Counted from the first letter of the stretch, positions 19,765 through 31,169 are shown. The stretch is DNA of 52,348 bases from Erysipelotrichia bacterium (GCA_012522695.1 JAAYJX010000110.1:1-52348), one strand, 5' to 3'. The notes: generated by a model from the letters alone, not told the origin. A program made the numbers and translations.

Positions 19765-20965
19765 TATTTTTCTTCTCTTTCTTTTTTACTTCTAAATTAA
19801 TTATACCATCTTTTACTCTAGCGACGACGTCTTGATAAAGACTAACATCATCAACTGAAGAAATGACTTTTTGTTCTTCGTTTTCTAAAATCGCATATCC
19901 TCTTTGTAAAACATTAAATGGTGATAAGGCATGAAGTGTTTTCTTTAAAACATTAAGCTCGTGTTTAAAAGATAAAAAGTAATTTTCGAAAGCGAGATGA
20001 AGTCTTTTCTTTTGCTCTTTTAATTCATCTAATTTTACTTCATAAAGCGTATCGGGTTTTAAGAAAAATGGCCGATCTTTTAAAAGTGCAAATTTTTCTT
20101 TTAAGAAAAGTACTTTTTGTCTTAAAGCATTATTCATCCGTGTTAATGATATATTTAATGTTTCATAAATTTCTTTTTGATCAGGAGTTGCAATTTCGGC
20201 AGCACCTGTTGGCGTAGAAACACGTTGATCACTAATAAAGTCAACGAGCGTAAAATCAACTTCATGGCCAATCGCAGCAATAAGAGGGGCTCTAGAAGTA
20301 ACTAGTGCACGAACAAGACTTTCATCATTAAAGGCATGAAGGTCCTCGCTTGAGCCTCCACCACGCCCGATGATAAGTGTTGATAAATCATACTTTTGTG
20401 ATAAAGTAAACGCTCGAATTAAATCTTTTGGGGCTTCTGTGCCTTGAACAAGACTTGGAAAAAAATATATTTGACAAATTGGATAACGACGACGAATATT
20501 TTTTACCATATCTTCTAAGGCGGCGCTACTTGGTGCACTGATGATGCCAATTGCTTTAGGGAAAGCAGGTATTTTTCTTTTTCGGCTTTCTTCAAATAAT
20601 CCTTCATCTTTAAGTTTTTGCTTTAGGGCTTCAAGTTCAATTAACAAAGCACCTTTACCAAAAAGTTCCATCTCGTCAACGACAAGTTGATAAGTACCTC
20701 GAACTAAATAAACATCAATATAGCCACTAATTAAAACTTCATCACCATTTTGAATTGGATCTTTAACTTTATATTTATTAGGATTAAAAACAACTGCGTT
20801 AATTGAACTTTTATTATCTTTTAGGGTGAAATAGTAATGACCATTACCGTGTTCAACAAAATTAGAAATTTCGCCTTTAACTTTTACATATCGTAAAATT
20901 GGGTCACTTTTTAAAAGTGTTTTAATATGTGTATTTAAAAGCGAGACAGTTAAAAGATTACTCAT
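19757..20965 (-). CDS. xseA: Exonuclease VII large subunit
   Basis: GEISN, GHYYFTLKD, RGGGS.EDL, GHEVD and TPT. Confidence 0.95.
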   Translation of the reverse strand: MSNLLTVSLLNTHIKTLLKSDPILRYVKVKGEISNFVEHGNGHYYFTLKDNKSSINAVVFNPNKYKVKDPIQNGDEVLISGYIDVYLVRGTYQLVVDEMELFGKGALLIELEALKQKLKDEGLFEESRKRKIPAFPKAIGIISAPSSAALEDMVKNIRRRYPICQIYFFPSLVQGTEAPKDLIRAFTLSQKYDLSTLIIGRGGGSSEDLHAFNDESLVRALVTSRAPLIAAIGHEVDFTLVDFISDQRVSTPTGAAEIATPDQKEIYETLNISLTRMNNALRQKVLFLKEKFALLKDRPFFLKPDTLYEVKLDELKEQKKRLHLAFENYFLSFKHELNVLKKTLHALSPFNVLQRGYAILENEEQKVISSVDDVSLYQDVVARVKDGIINLEVKKKEKKNNE

Positions 20966-21375
20966 AAAACATTATCCAAAAGCGCATTAATATATTTATA
21001 TTCATCTTTATCTAAGTAAAGTTTTGCTAAGCGCACAGCAACATCGATGACAACTTTTTTATCAACATCACCAACATAACGATAATGACTTACTGATAAA
21101 AGTAAGATTGCTTGAGCAAGACGATTAAGACGAGCAAATGTCCAAGAAGTCATTTTTGTTTCTAATAAAGAAACAATTTGATGATGATTTTTAATTGCTT
21201 TAATGACAACTTCTTTAATATATATATCTATATCTTCAAATGGTGTTGCGACTGAGTTTTCTAAAAGTTCATAAACATCAATACTTTCATCTAAAGTTAA
21301 ACGCGTTAAATAATCATAAAGAACTGCCACGACTTGTCTTTGCGATTGATTACGACTTATTCGCTTACTACTCAT
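20962..21375 (-). CDS. nusB: Transcription antitermination factor NusB
   Basis: W...RL...ILLL, V.LAK.Y and YINALLD, in asp23-nusB-xseAB order. Start moved to the ATG at 21375. Confidence 0.85.
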   Translation of the reverse strand: MSSKRISRNQSQRQVVAVLYDYLTRLTLDESIDVYELLENSVATPFEDIDIYIKEVVIKAIKNHHQIVSLLETKMTSWTFARLNRLAQAILLLSVSHYRYVGDVDKKVVIDVAVRLAKLYLDKDEYKYINALLDNVL

Positions 21376-21871
21376 TAATAATAGCTCCTTGACTTTTACT
21401 AAGTTTAATAACGAGGAAATAATAATAAATGGCAATTCCTAACGCTCCTAAAATAACAACATGCGTGGCAATTGAAAACGTAAAAGCACTACTAAAAGCT
21501 AATGGATAAATAAAAAACGTTAGAGCAAAATCTAAAACATATAAACTTGTGCCAATAAGTAAAAAGACTAATTTACCTAACCGAGCAAAATAACCTAGTG
21601 CTGCAAATAAAGCGCCAGTTATAAGAGCAAATATAAAAATAAGGAGTTTTTTTAATACATCACTTAATGAAGTTCCATTAATAAGATTATTTAAAAAGAT
21701 GTTAATTGATAAGGCCATACCAAGACCACTATCAGTTCGTAAAACACTAATTAAAATAGCAATTAAAGAAACTACGCCAGCCCAAAGCAAAAAAAGAGCG
21801 GTTTTTTGAAACCTTAAGACCGCTTTATTATGTTGTTCAACATAATTTATTTCTTTTTTTGTTTTAGCCAT
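21368..21871 (-). CDS. Hypothetical membrane protein with about 4 TM helices
   Basis: Four hydrophobic segments, translationally coupled within the operon. Confidence 0.75.
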   Translation of the reverse strand: MAKTKKEINYVEQHNKAVLRFQKTALFLLWAGVVSLIAILISVLRTDSGLGMALSINIFLNNLINGTSLSDVLKKLLIFIFALITGALFAALGYFARLGKLVFLLIGTSLYVLDFALTFFIYPLAFSSAFTFSIATHVVILGALGIAIYYYFLVIKLSKSQGAIINE

Positions 21872-21876
21872 AAACT

Positions 21877-22212
21877 TTATTCAATTGCAACAACTTTAAC
21901 ATTAATGTTAAAAGGTACCATTTCTGTCATTAAAAGAAGAGCGTTAGCAACTTCTTCTTGAATTTTTAAACATACTTCTTCGACATTGACACCAGCTTTA
22001 ATAATGACATCAATACGAAAATCAACTAAGCCATTATTTCGTAAAATAATTTGAATCGGACGATGAAGAGTAAAAAGACGACCTTTACTTTGAGAAACAC
22101 TTGCACCTTTAACGCGATTTGTTGCCGTGCTAGCAATGTTTTCAAAAACACGACGTGAAATACCCATCGCTCCATAATTATTATAATTTTCAATATATAC
22201 ATAATCTGCCAT
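21877..22212 (-). CDS. Asp23/Gls24 family protein (YqhY-like)
   Basis: G...IS..VF..IA and V.EV..KIQE.V...L..MT. Upstream of nusB. Confidence 0.85.
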   Translation of the reverse strand: MADYVYIENYNNYGAMGISRRVFENIASTATNRVKGASVSQSKGRLFTLHRPIQIILRNNGLVDFRIDVIIKAGVNVEEVCLKIQEEVANALLLMTEMVPFNINVKVVAIE

Positions 22213-22241
22213 AAGTGTCTTCTCCTTATCTTGCTTTTATT

Positions 22242-24233
22242 TTAGTCTTTTTTTGCTACTTTCTCAACTAAACTAGCTAAACGCTTCGCGGTAAACTTAA
22301 AATGCTTAATAACATCATTCATTGGTGCGCTGACACCAAATTGATCAACACCCATAACTGTCTCGGCAAAACGATGCCAGCCAAACGTTGATAACATTTC
22401 AACCGCTACGACTTTATCTTTACTAACACCAATTGTATTATTTTGGTATCTTGATGTTTGTTTTAAAAATAAATTCATTGAAGGCATTGAAACGACACGC
22501 ACATCAATATGTTTTTCAAGTAATAAGGCTTGAGCTTCAAGGGCTAAATCTACTTCACTACCAGTTGCAATAATTGTTGCCATCAACTCTTTTACTTCTT
22601 TTGAAATAATATAAGCACCTTTAGCAACTAAATGTCGATCTGAATTTGCTTGTTCTTTTAATCCTTGACGCGACAAAATTAAAGCTGTCGGCGTTTCTTT
22701 AGATTCTAAAGCAATCGTCCACGCACCATACGTTTCAGTATAATCACATGGGCGAAGAACATTTAAATTAGGAATTGATCTTAATGTTGCAAGTTGTTCA
22801 ATTGGTTGATGAGTTAAGCCATCTTCTCCAAGAAGTGGACTATCATGTGAAAATAAATAAATAGCAGGTAAATGCGAATAAGCCGCTGCACGAACACCAG
22901 ATTTTAAATAATCGCTAAAAATTAAAAAAGAGCCAGCATATGTAACTAATCCGCCATGAAGTAACATCCCGTTTTGAATTTTTGCCATCGCAAATTCACG
23001 AACACCAAAATTAAGATTGCGGCCCCCTCGATTTAAAGGTGAAAAATTAGTGCCACTATTAATTTTTGTCATCACACTACTAGCTACGTCGGCTGATCCG
23101 CCCATAATAAAAGGAACTTGTTCATGGAGTTCATTTAAAATAAGACCACTAGCACTGCGTGTAGCAAGTGACTTACCAACTTCTGGTTTAACATATTCTT
23201 TTACTAAATATTTATTTACATCTCGATTAGATGCATCTAAAAATACTTCGTAGTCTTTTTGATGTTTATTAGCATAAACTTTTAAATTGTCTTGCCAAGC
23301 TTTATAAGCAAACTCACCCCGAGCAACAAAAGTTTGCCTAAAAAGTTCATAAACTTCTTCGGCCACACTAAACTCAGGATAATTATGCTTTAAAAAGGCT
23401 TTTGTTTTTTCACCATCTTCTTTTCCTAAAGGACTACCATGAACTTTTGCAGTCCCTTGTAAAGGGGACCCATAACCAATTACCGTACTTACAATAATTA
23501 AGGTTGGATAATCTTTAGATTTTTTTGCTTTTTTAATTGCGCGATTTATTGCACCTAAATTATTTCCGTCTTTAACTTTAATAACGTTCCAATTTGAAGC
23601 TAAAAATCTTAATTCAACGTTTTCCGAAAAAGATAAATCTAAATCACCATCAAGCGTAATATTATTAGCATCATAAAAAACAATTAACTTATTAAGTCTT
23701 TGATGACCGGCTAAAGAAATTGCTTCTTGTGATAAACCTTCGCTAAGGCAACCATCACCAACTAAGCAATAAGTATAATGATTAACTAATTCATGTCCTT
23801 CTTCATATTGAGCTTGAACGGCTTGTTCAGCTAAAGCCATCCCAACAGCTTGAGCAAGTCCTTGAGCTAATGGTCCTGTCGTCGCATCAACACCATCACT
23901 ATATCCGTATTCAGGATGTCCTGGTGTTTTTGAACCTAATTGACGAAAGTTTTTTAAATCATCTAAAGAAAGATCATAGCCTGCTAAATGAAGAATGGCA
24001 TATAACATACTACTACCATGTCCGGCACTTAAAACAAAACGGTCTCGATTAATCCACTTCGGTTCTTTTGGATTAGAAATGAGATGATTTTTATATAATG
24101 TATAAACAATTGGCGCAGCTCCTAAAGCAATACCAGGATGACCACTTTTAGCGTTATTTGTCATATCAATTGGTAAAACACGAAGTGTATTTAAGGCTAA
24201 TTTATTCGAGGCTACTTTAACTTTTTTTGACAT
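22242..24233 (-). CDS. tkt: Transketolase
   Basis: SGHPG, RDRFVLSAGH, TPGHPE, GVREFAM and EDG.THQP. Confidence 0.96.
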   Translation of the reverse strand: MSKKVKVASNKLALNTLRVLPIDMTNNAKSGHPGIALGAAPIVYTLYKNHLISNPKEPKWINRDRFVLSAGHGSSMLYAILHLAGYDLSLDDLKNFRQLGSKTPGHPEYGYSDGVDATTGPLAQGLAQAVGMALAEQAVQAQYEEGHELVNHYTYCLVGDGCLSEGLSQEAISLAGHQRLNKLIVFYDANNITLDGDLDLSFSENVELRFLASNWNVIKVKDGNNLGAINRAIKKAKKSKDYPTLIIVSTVIGYGSPLQGTAKVHGSPLGKEDGEKTKAFLKHNYPEFSVAEEVYELFRQTFVARGEFAYKAWQDNLKVYANKHQKDYEVFLDASNRDVNKYLVKEYVKPEVGKSLATRSASGLILNELHEQVPFIMGGSADVASSVMTKINSGTNFSPLNRGGRNLNFGVREFAMAKIQNGMLLHGGLVTYAGSFLIFSDYLKSGVRAAAYSHLPAIYLFSHDSPLLGEDGLTHQPIEQLATLRSIPNLNVLRPCDYTETYGAWTIALESKETPTALILSRQGLKEQANSDRHLVAKGAYIISKEVKELMATIIATGSEVDLALEAQALLLEKHIDVRVVSMPSMNLFLKQTSRYQNNTIGVSKDKVVAVEMLSTFGWHRFAETVMGVDQFGVSAPMNDVIKHFKFTAKRLASLVEKVAKKD

Positions 24234-25967
24234 TTATTTTTCTCCTTTTTTTATTTTAAGATGCAATTCTTCAATTTGTTCTTCATCAATTTGACTAGGC
24301 GCACCTGTTAATGGACAAGTTGCTTTAAGTGTTTTTGGAAAAGCAATAACGTCGCGAATACTATCGCTTTTACTTAAAATCATTGCTAAACGATCTAAGC
24401 CAAAAGCAATTCCTCCATGAGGAGGTGTACCATATTCAAAAGCTTCCAAGAAGAAACCAAACTTACGTTTAATTTGTTCGTCATTTAAACCTAAAATTGA
24501 AAAGATTTCTTTTTGTAAATCTTGTGAGTGGATTCTAATTGAGCCGCCTCCTGCTTCATAGCCATTAATAACGATGTCATAAGCAGAAGATAAAACAGCG
24601 CTTGGGTTTTCTTTTAAAAGATGAATCGTTTCTTCACTTGGCGAGGTAAAGGGATGATGAGTTGAAGTTAAGTGTCCTTCTTCAGTTAAAGCAAAAAGAG
24701 GAAAATCAATAACCCATAAAAGCGAATGTTCATTTTCATTAATTAATTTTAATTTTTTTGCATATTGACTTCTTAAGGCACCTAAAGCAAAACAAACATT
24801 TTCATGATTATTACTTGAGGCAATAATAACTAAGTCATTTTCTTTTAGATGCAATTTTGTAAATAGCTCTTTTTGTAAATCATCATTAAAAAACTTGATA
24901 AGTGAACTATCTAATTTTTGATTAATTACTTTAAAAACATAAAAATTATTTAAACGGAATTTTTTTGCTTCTAAATTAAGTTCATCAACTACTTTTCTTG
25001 AAGTTAAGTTCGCTTGATTATTAATAACGATTGCCTTAGCATATTTATTATTTTGAAAAGTTTCAAAAGAAGATTGTTTAACTAAGTCAGTTAAATCATG
25101 GAGTTTAATTTCAAATCTTAAATCTGGTTTATCACTACCATAAGTGTTAATGGCTTCAAAATATGTTAATTTTTTAAGCGGTAAATGTACTTTGTACCCT
25201 AAAACTTTTAAATAAACATCAGCAATCATTTCTTCAACTAAAGATAAAAGTTGCTCGCGGTTAATAAAGCTCATTTCTAAGTCAATTTGCGTAAAATCAG
25301 GTTGACGGTCAGCACGTAAATCTTCATCACGAAAACAACGAGCAATTTGATAATATCTTTCTAAACCCGCGACCATAAGTAATTGTTTAAATAATTGTGG
25401 AGATTGAGGCAAAGCATAGAAACTTCCTGGATGTAGGCGTGAAGGTACAACATAGTCGCGTGCTCCTTCAGGCGTCGAAAGAGTTAAAATTGGTGTTTCA
25501 ACTTCGATAAAATGTCTTTCATCTAAAAACTCACGAACGGCTTTTAAAATAAGAGCTCTTGTTTTAAGTTTTTCAAGCATCACAGGGCGTCTTAAATCTA
25601 AATAACGATATTTAAGACGAATGTCTTCTAAAGCATCCGTTTCATTATCAATAATCAAAGGCGTTGTTTTCGCCTTATTTAATACTTTAATTAAAGAAGC
25701 TTCAACTTCAATTTCGCCAGTTTTTAATTTTTTATTAGCTACATCTTTTTTCTTCACTACACCTTCAACATAAATAACATATTCATTACGAACATCACTT
25801 ACTTCGAGACTTTCAGGAATAAAAATTTGAATAATGCCACTAGCGTCACGTAAATCAAGAAATTGTAAATGACCTAAATTACGTTTTTTACTAACCCAAC
25901 CAACGAGCTTAACGTGACGATTAACGTCTTTAAGTGATAAATCCGTGTTAAAACAAGTTCTTTCCAT
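24234..25967 (-). CDS. aspS: Aspartyl-tRNA synthetase
   Basis: [26 protein letters not shown] and [12 protein letters not shown]. Confidence 0.96.
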   Translation of the reverse strand: MERTCFNTDLSLKDVNRHVKLVGWVSKKRNLGHLQFLDLRDASGIIQIFIPESLEVSDVRNEYVIYVEGVVKKKDVANKKLKTGEIEVEASLIKVLNKAKTTPLIIDNETDALEDIRLKYRYLDLRRPVMLEKLKTRALILKAVREFLDERHFIEVETPILTLSTPEGARDYVVPSRLHPGSFYALPQSPQLFKQLLMVAGLERYYQIARCFRDEDLRADRQPDFTQIDLEMSFINREQLLSLVEEMIADVYLKVLGYKVHLPLKKLTYFEAINTYGSDKPDLRFEIKLHDLTDLVKQSSFETFQNNKYAKAIVINNQANLTSRKVVDELNLEAKKFRLNNFYVFKVINQKLDSSLIKFFNDDLQKELFTKLHLKENDLVIIASSNNHENVCFALGALRSQYAKKLKLINENEHSLLWVIDFPLFALTEEGHLTSTHHPFTSPSEETIHLLKENPSAVLSSAYDIVINGYEAGGGSIRIHSQDLQKEIFSILGLNDEQIKRKFGFFLEAFEYGTPPHGGIAFGLDRLAMILSKSDSIRDVIAFPKTLKATCPLTGAPSQIDEEQIEELHLKIKKGEK

Positions 25968-25970
25968 AAA

Positions 25971-27272
25971 TTATCCTTCTCTCATACTTGAAAAAAAGAG
26001 CGAACGTATAACTTGTTTGGCGTCTTGACGATTAACGACCATTTGCTCTTCGGTTTTCATATTTTTAATTGTTAATGTATTATTTTTTAATTCATCTTCG
26101 CCAATAAAAATTAAAAACCGAGCATCTCTTTTTTTAGCTTTTTGAATTAAAGTTTTTAAAGGTTTTTTCTCATGATACATATCATAAGAATACCCACCTT
26201 GTTTACGTAATTCCATTAAGACGTCATAAACGTCTTCGATTTTAACATCGCCAACGGGAATTAAATAAAAAAGAACGAAAGAATTATAATCTTCTTCATT
26301 ATCATCTTCTTCAATTTCTTTTAAAACTTCAACGAGGCGATCAACACCAAAAGAAAGACCGACTCCAGGTAAATCAGGGCCGCCTAATTCTTTAACTAAA
26401 TGGGAGTAATGACCGCCCGCTCCTAATGCACCAAGTGTTTTACCTTCATCACTATAATAATGATATTCAAAAACAATTTCGGAATAATAATCAAGCCCTC
26501 GCACGAGTGTTTGATCAATTTCAAAAGGAATATCGCTTTGATCAAGTAGTTTTGTAACTTCATTAAATCTTTCGCGTGAGGCAAGTGATAAATAGTCGTG
26601 AATTTTAGGTGCTTTTTTAATAATTTCTTGATCACTTGGTATCTTACAATCTAAAATCCTCAGTGGATTTGTTTGAAGTCTTTCATTGCAATCATGACAC
26701 ATTTTATGAATATGTTTTTGGAAATATTCACTAATGATTTCACGATATTTATTTCGTGAATCATCATCTCCGAGTGTATTAATTTTTAAAATAACATTTT
26801 CAATACCAATAAAAGACAAGGCAGCATAACCATAAGTAATAACTTCCGCATCAATAAGTGGAGAATTAACACCAATTGATTCAACACCATATTGATAAAA
26901 TTGACGATAACGACCAGCTTGTGGTCTTTCATAACGAAAAATTGGCCCGTGATAATGCACTTTAAAAGGTAAATCTATTAAGGCATGAATTTTATTATTA
27001 ACGAATGTTCGAACAATACTTGCGGTAAATTCGGGTCTTAAAACTAAAAGGCGTTTACCTTTATCTTCAAAAGCATACATTTCTTTTCGCACAATATCGC
27101 TAGTTTCACCAACGCTCCGTTTATAAAGCTGAGCGTGCTCGATAATTGGCAAGGTCACTTCAGTAAAACAATAAAAATAACTAATACTATCTAACTTGTC
27201 AATTATTTCTTGGAACCTCGCGGTTTCTTTTGGTCCTAAATCACGTGTTCCTTTGACGACATTAATTTTCAT
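25971..27272 (-). CDS. hisS: Histidyl-tRNA synthetase
   Basis: LRPEFTA, FRYERPQAGRYRQF and VRGLDYY. Confidence 0.96.
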   Translation of the reverse strand: MKINVVKGTRDLGPKETARFQEIIDKLDSISYFYCFTEVTLPIIEHAQLYKRSVGETSDIVRKEMYAFEDKGKRLLVLRPEFTASIVRTFVNNKIHALIDLPFKVHYHGPIFRYERPQAGRYRQFYQYGVESIGVNSPLIDAEVITYGYAALSFIGIENVILKINTLGDDDSRNKYREIISEYFQKHIHKMCHDCNERLQTNPLRILDCKIPSDQEIIKKAPKIHDYLSLASRERFNEVTKLLDQSDIPFEIDQTLVRGLDYYSEIVFEYHYYSDEGKTLGALGAGGHYSHLVKELGGPDLPGVGLSFGVDRLVEVLKEIEEDDNEEDYNSFVLFYLIPVGDVKIEDVYDVLMELRKQGGYSYDMYHEKKPLKTLIQKAKKRDARFLIFIGEDELKNNTLTIKNMKTEEQMVVNRQDAKQVIRSLFFSSMREG

Positions 27273-27308
27273 ATTTTACCTCCGTAAAAGGTCTTGATAC
27301 ATCTAATA

Positions 27309-27338
27309 ATTATAGTTTAAAACAACTATAAATGTCAA
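27309..27338 (-). promoter_or_regulatory. SigA promoter of hisS-aspS
   Basis: Perfect TTGACA-18 nt-TATAAT. Confidence 0.75.
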
Positions 27339-27373
27339 TTAAAGACAGACGGATAAATATGCTATTTATGAGG

Positions 27374-29587
27374 TTAATGAATAACGCGTGTTACTTCATA
27401 AACGCTGTTGACATTTAATAAAATATTAAAAATATCTAAAAGACGCTTAGCGTCACTTACAAAAATTGTTGCAGAAATTGTTGTTTTAAATGTTTGTGGA
27501 TGAAGTTTAGCCGTAATTGTTGAAACGGAAACTTTATGGGCAGAAAAAGCTGACATAATATCAATAAGTAAATTAGGCCGATCGGCTGATTCAATTTTAA
27601 TATCAACAGGATACGTTTCTAATAAATTATCTTCTTTCCAAAAAACATCAATTAAACGAGCTTTATCTTGAGCAATATTTGGACAATTAACACGATGGAC
27701 AGTAATCCCTTTACCACGTGTGACAAAACCGACAATATCATCACCAGGAATAGGTGTGCAGCAAGTACCTAAATTAATCGCAACTTTACCAGCTCCTTTA
27801 ACATAAACTGCACTCTTATCTTCGCTCTTTGTTGGCCCTGGTTTATCGAGCTTAAAAACGATTGGTTTACGTTTTATACGTAAATAGTTGATGACAGCCG
27901 CTGGAGTTGGGTTTTTATTAAACATTGCTAAAAACAAGTCATCAACTTCTTTAACATTATAATGATTTAAGACTTTATGGCTCGATAAAAGTTCCATCAT
28001 TTCTTCTTCATTAACCCCGCGATCTTTAAAAGCATCAAGAGCTGATTGACGACCTTTTGCGACACGTTCATCTTTTAAAAGAGCAGCGGTTTTTTTCGCT
28101 AAAAACTTTTTAATATTTGAACGAGCTAAATTCGTATTTACAATTTTTAGCCAGCCTTCATTTGGTCCTTTTGACGATGAAGAAGTTCTAATTTCTACAA
28201 CATCCCCTGTTTTTAAAATCGTGCTTAAAGAAACAAGTGAACCATTAACGAGTGCACCAATTGCGGATTCACCTACTTTTGTATGAACCCGATAAGCAAA
28301 ATCAATTGGGGTTGAACCTTGTGGTAAGTCAATTACTTTACCTTTTGGGGTAAAAACATATACATTAGCTTCAAAAATGTCCTTAGCAAGCGACTCCATA
28401 TATTCTTTTGCGCCTAAATCTTCTTCATTTGAAAGATTAACTAAATCACGAAACCAATGAAGTTTTTCTTCGATTTGTTTTTGTTCTTCTTTAGAAGAGT
28501 AATTAGTTCCTTCTTTATAACGCCAATGGGCAGCAATACCAGTTTCAGCAATTTCGTTCATTTGTTTTGTTCTAATTTGAATCTCGTAAATATTACCATC
28601 GCCAGAGACAATTGCTGTATGAAGAGATTGATACATATTAGCTTTAGGGACAGCAATAAAATCTTTAAAACGGCCTGGAATTGGTTTAAAAGTCGCATGA
28701 ATAATGCCTAATGTTTCATAGCAATTAAGTTCATTTTCTGTAACAACTCTAATAGCTAAAACATCAAAAATATCATCAAAATTATATCCTTTTAAATATA
28801 TTTTTTTATATAAAGAATAAATTGATTTGACACGTGATTCAATTTGAAAAGGAATATTATTTTCAAGTAAAATACCGGCAACACGTTTTTTCAAAGTATC
28901 GAGTGATTTTGTTCGATGCCTTGTTTTTTTATCAAGTAAGTTAGATATTGTTTCATATTTATCAGGTTCTAAATATTTTAAGGATAAATCTTCAAGTTCA
29001 CTTTTTATCGTATTAATTCCAAGACGATGTGCGATTGGCGCGAAGACATTTAATGTTTCATTAGATAAAGCTTGTTGCCGATGAGGCGCAAGTGCGGCTA
29101 GTGTCCTCATATTATGAAGTCGATCAGCCAGTTTAATAATAATAACGCGGACATCACGAGCCATTCCTAAAAAGATTTTACGATGATCTTCTGCTTCAAA
29201 ATCATCATCTTCACGATGTGATAATTTCATCCTTTGTAAACGTGTCAATGAATCAACAATTTTACAAACATCTTCGCCAAATAAATGATTAATTTCTTCT
29301 AAAGGTACATTAGTATCTTCAACAACATCATGTAAAAAACCGGCCACAATCGTTTCCGGTCCAACTTGTAAAGAAGCTAAAATATAGCACACTTCAAGAA
29401 GGTGATGAATATAGTCTTCACCCGATTTTCTTTTTTGCCCTTCATGATGTTTTTTAGCAAATTGATATGCTTTTTCAATTAACTCGCGCGATTCTTTATT
29501 ATTTATATATGGGTAAAACAACTCTTCTAAATCTTCAAAAGTATGAAGAGGATAACCGCCGTTTACGAGTAGTTGTTTTTCTGACAT
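27374..29587 (-). CDS. rel: Bifunctional (p)ppGpp synthetase/hydrolase (long RSH)
   Basis: HDVVED hydrolase motif, RFKD, YQSLHT and EIQIRT, plus TGS and ACT domains. Confidence 0.95.
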   Translation of the reverse strand: MSEKQLLVNGGYPLHTFEDLEELFYPYINNKESRELIEKAYQFAKKHHEGQKRKSGEDYIHHLLEVCYILASLQVGPETIVAGFLHDVVEDTNVPLEEINHLFGEDVCKIVDSLTRLQRMKLSHREDDDFEAEDHRKIFLGMARDVRVIIIKLADRLHNMRTLAALAPHRQQALSNETLNVFAPIAHRLGINTIKSELEDLSLKYLEPDKYETISNLLDKKTRHRTKSLDTLKKRVAGILLENNIPFQIESRVKSIYSLYKKIYLKGYNFDDIFDVLAIRVVTENELNCYETLGIIHATFKPIPGRFKDFIAVPKANMYQSLHTAIVSGDGNIYEIQIRTKQMNEIAETGIAAHWRYKEGTNYSSKEEQKQIEEKLHWFRDLVNLSNEEDLGAKEYMESLAKDIFEANVYVFTPKGKVIDLPQGSTPIDFAYRVHTKVGESAIGALVNGSLVSLSTILKTGDVVEIRTSSSSKGPNEGWLKIVNTNLARSNIKKFLAKKTAALLKDERVAKGRQSALDAFKDRGVNEEEMMELLSSHKVLNHYNVKEVDDLFLAMFNKNPTPAAVINYLRIKRKPIVFKLDKPGPTKSEDKSAVYVKGAGKVAINLGTCCTPIPGDDIVGFVTRGKGITVHRVNCPNIAQDKARLIDVFWKEDNLLETYPVDIKIESADRPNLLIDIMSAFSAHKVSVSTITAKLHPQTFKTTISATIFVSDAKRLLDIFNILLNVNSVYEVTRVIH

Positions 29588-29804
29588 TTCGATACCTATA
29601 TTTGAATTATACCAATTATTATATGAATTTTAGATATTTAAAAGAAATAATTTTTAAGAAAATTAGTCCTAATTCGTAAAGTTTTACTAAAAACTAAGCA
29701 GAATTTGCAAAGTGCTTATTATTTATTATAAATAAAATACTTTACTAAATAGATGTTTAATTTTATAATTGTTATGTAATAGATAAGGAGGAAAATGAAT
29801 TATA

Positions 29805-31100
29805 ATGAAAAAAAGATTTATTCTATTACCTTTGTTACTATTCGTACTAGCGGGATGTGATCCAGTTGTTGATCCAACCGACAGTACATCCCCTTCACCA
29901 TCGGAAACTGATCCGACAACAACGGTGGATCCAACTGATACATCAAGTGATCCAACATCAAGTGATCCAGTAGACGAAAGAACTGAATGGGAAAAATCTT
30001 TACCAGATGGATATAGCTCAATTGCTGAAATTCTTGCTGAAGGTGAAGAAGGCGACTATTTTGAAACAAGAGGACAAGTTACTTTCTTAAATGGTGGCCA
30101 AATCGTTATTCAAGACGGAGACAATAATGCGATTATGCTATATGAAGGTACTATGGCACAAACATTATCTGTTGGCGATGTTATTGACACCTATGGTAAG
30201 TTTGCGTTTAACGCTGACATGCCTCAGTTGGCTTACGATACTAGTACTTACATTGAAGTAGTAGACGAAGAGTGTGAGATTACGCCATTAGTTATTGAAG
30301 GTGTTGCCGATTATACTTCTAAATTAGCTGATTTTAAATATTTAGAAGGTGAAGGCCGCAAACAAGTTCTTGTAAAAGAAGTTATAACTTCTGCTTATGG
30401 CTCACCAAAAGCTAACATGTTCACTATCTCAACAGCAGACGGACAAAGCTTTAATGTCCTTGTTGGCTTTAGTATGATGCATAACGCTGCTGAAGAAAAT
30501 CGTGTTGAAATCGGACCGTTAGTTGATTTAATAAATGCCAATGAAGGTGCCACCTTTGATTTATTAGGCGTTTACTATAACGCTAATGGTAAGGCAGATG
30601 GCTGGCAAATTGGTATTAGTACAATCGAAGCTCTTTTAAATGTACCTGATGATTTAGAAGAACCAGAACCAGATCCAGCTGATCCAGACGGAACTGCTTT
30701 AATTAACTTTGCAACTACTGCTCATAGAGTTTCACAAGACGAGAATTCTCAAGTTTGGAAAAGCCATGATGAAATTGTTACCTTAACAGTTTCAAAAGGT
30801 GAATCTACTACTAACGTAGCCGATTATTATAATCCTATTCGTATTTATAAATATCACCATGTAGAGTTTTCTGCCTTGCACAAAATTGAAGAAATCGTTA
30901 TTACTGCAAATAGTGCAAAATACGCTTCGGACATGCTTGGTGATGCTTTAGCCGTTACTGGTGGAACAGTAGCCCTCGGTGATGATGGCGTAACTATTAC
31001 GATTACTGCCGCTGCTGATGTTACAAGTGTTTCCTTTGCTAACGATAACGCACAAACACGTTGGAACGAAGTAGAAATTCATTACACTTTACCAGCGTAA
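29805..31100 (+). CDS. Acidic surface lipoprotein with S/T/P/D linker and OB-fold-like domains
   Basis: Lipobox LAGC, DPT-rich linker, and TRGQVT...IQDG...I.LY...VGDVI...G, which resembles extracellular OB folds. Confidence 0.8.
   Translation: MKKRFILLPLLLFVLAGCDPVVDPTDSTSPSPSETDPTTTVDPTDTSSDPTSSDPVDERTEWEKSLPDGYSSIAEILAEGEEGDYFETRGQVTFLNGGQIVIQDGDNNAIMLYEGTMAQTLSVGDVIDTYGKFAFNADMPQLAYDTSTYIEVVDEECEITPLVIEGVADYTSKLADFKYLEGEGRKQVLVKEVITSAYGSPKANMFTISTADGQSFNVLVGFSMMHNAAEENRVEIGPLVDLINANEGATFDLLGVYYNANGKADGWQIGISTIEALLNVPDDLEEPEPDPADPDGTALINFATTAHRVSQDENSQVWKSHDEIVTLTVSKGESTTNVADYYNPIRIYKYHHVEFSALHKIEEIVITANSAKYASDMLGDALAVTGGTVALGDDGVTITITAAADVTSVSFANDNAQTRWNEVEIHYTLPA
29940..29969 (+). repeat. 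15-bp tandem repeat, two copies (TSSDP)
   Basis: ACATCAAGTGATCCA occurs twice in a row. Confidence 0.85.
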
Positions 31101-31132
31101 TTAAAAACAAAATTATTTAAAAATTAATTTTT

Positions 31133-31164
31133 ACGGCCTAGAAAAAATTCTAGGTCGTTTTTTT
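31133..31164 (+). terminator. Intrinsic terminator of the lipoprotein gene
   Basis: ACGGCCTAGAA-loop-TTCTAGGTCGT followed by a T-run. Confidence 0.8.
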
Positions 31165-31169
31165 ATACT

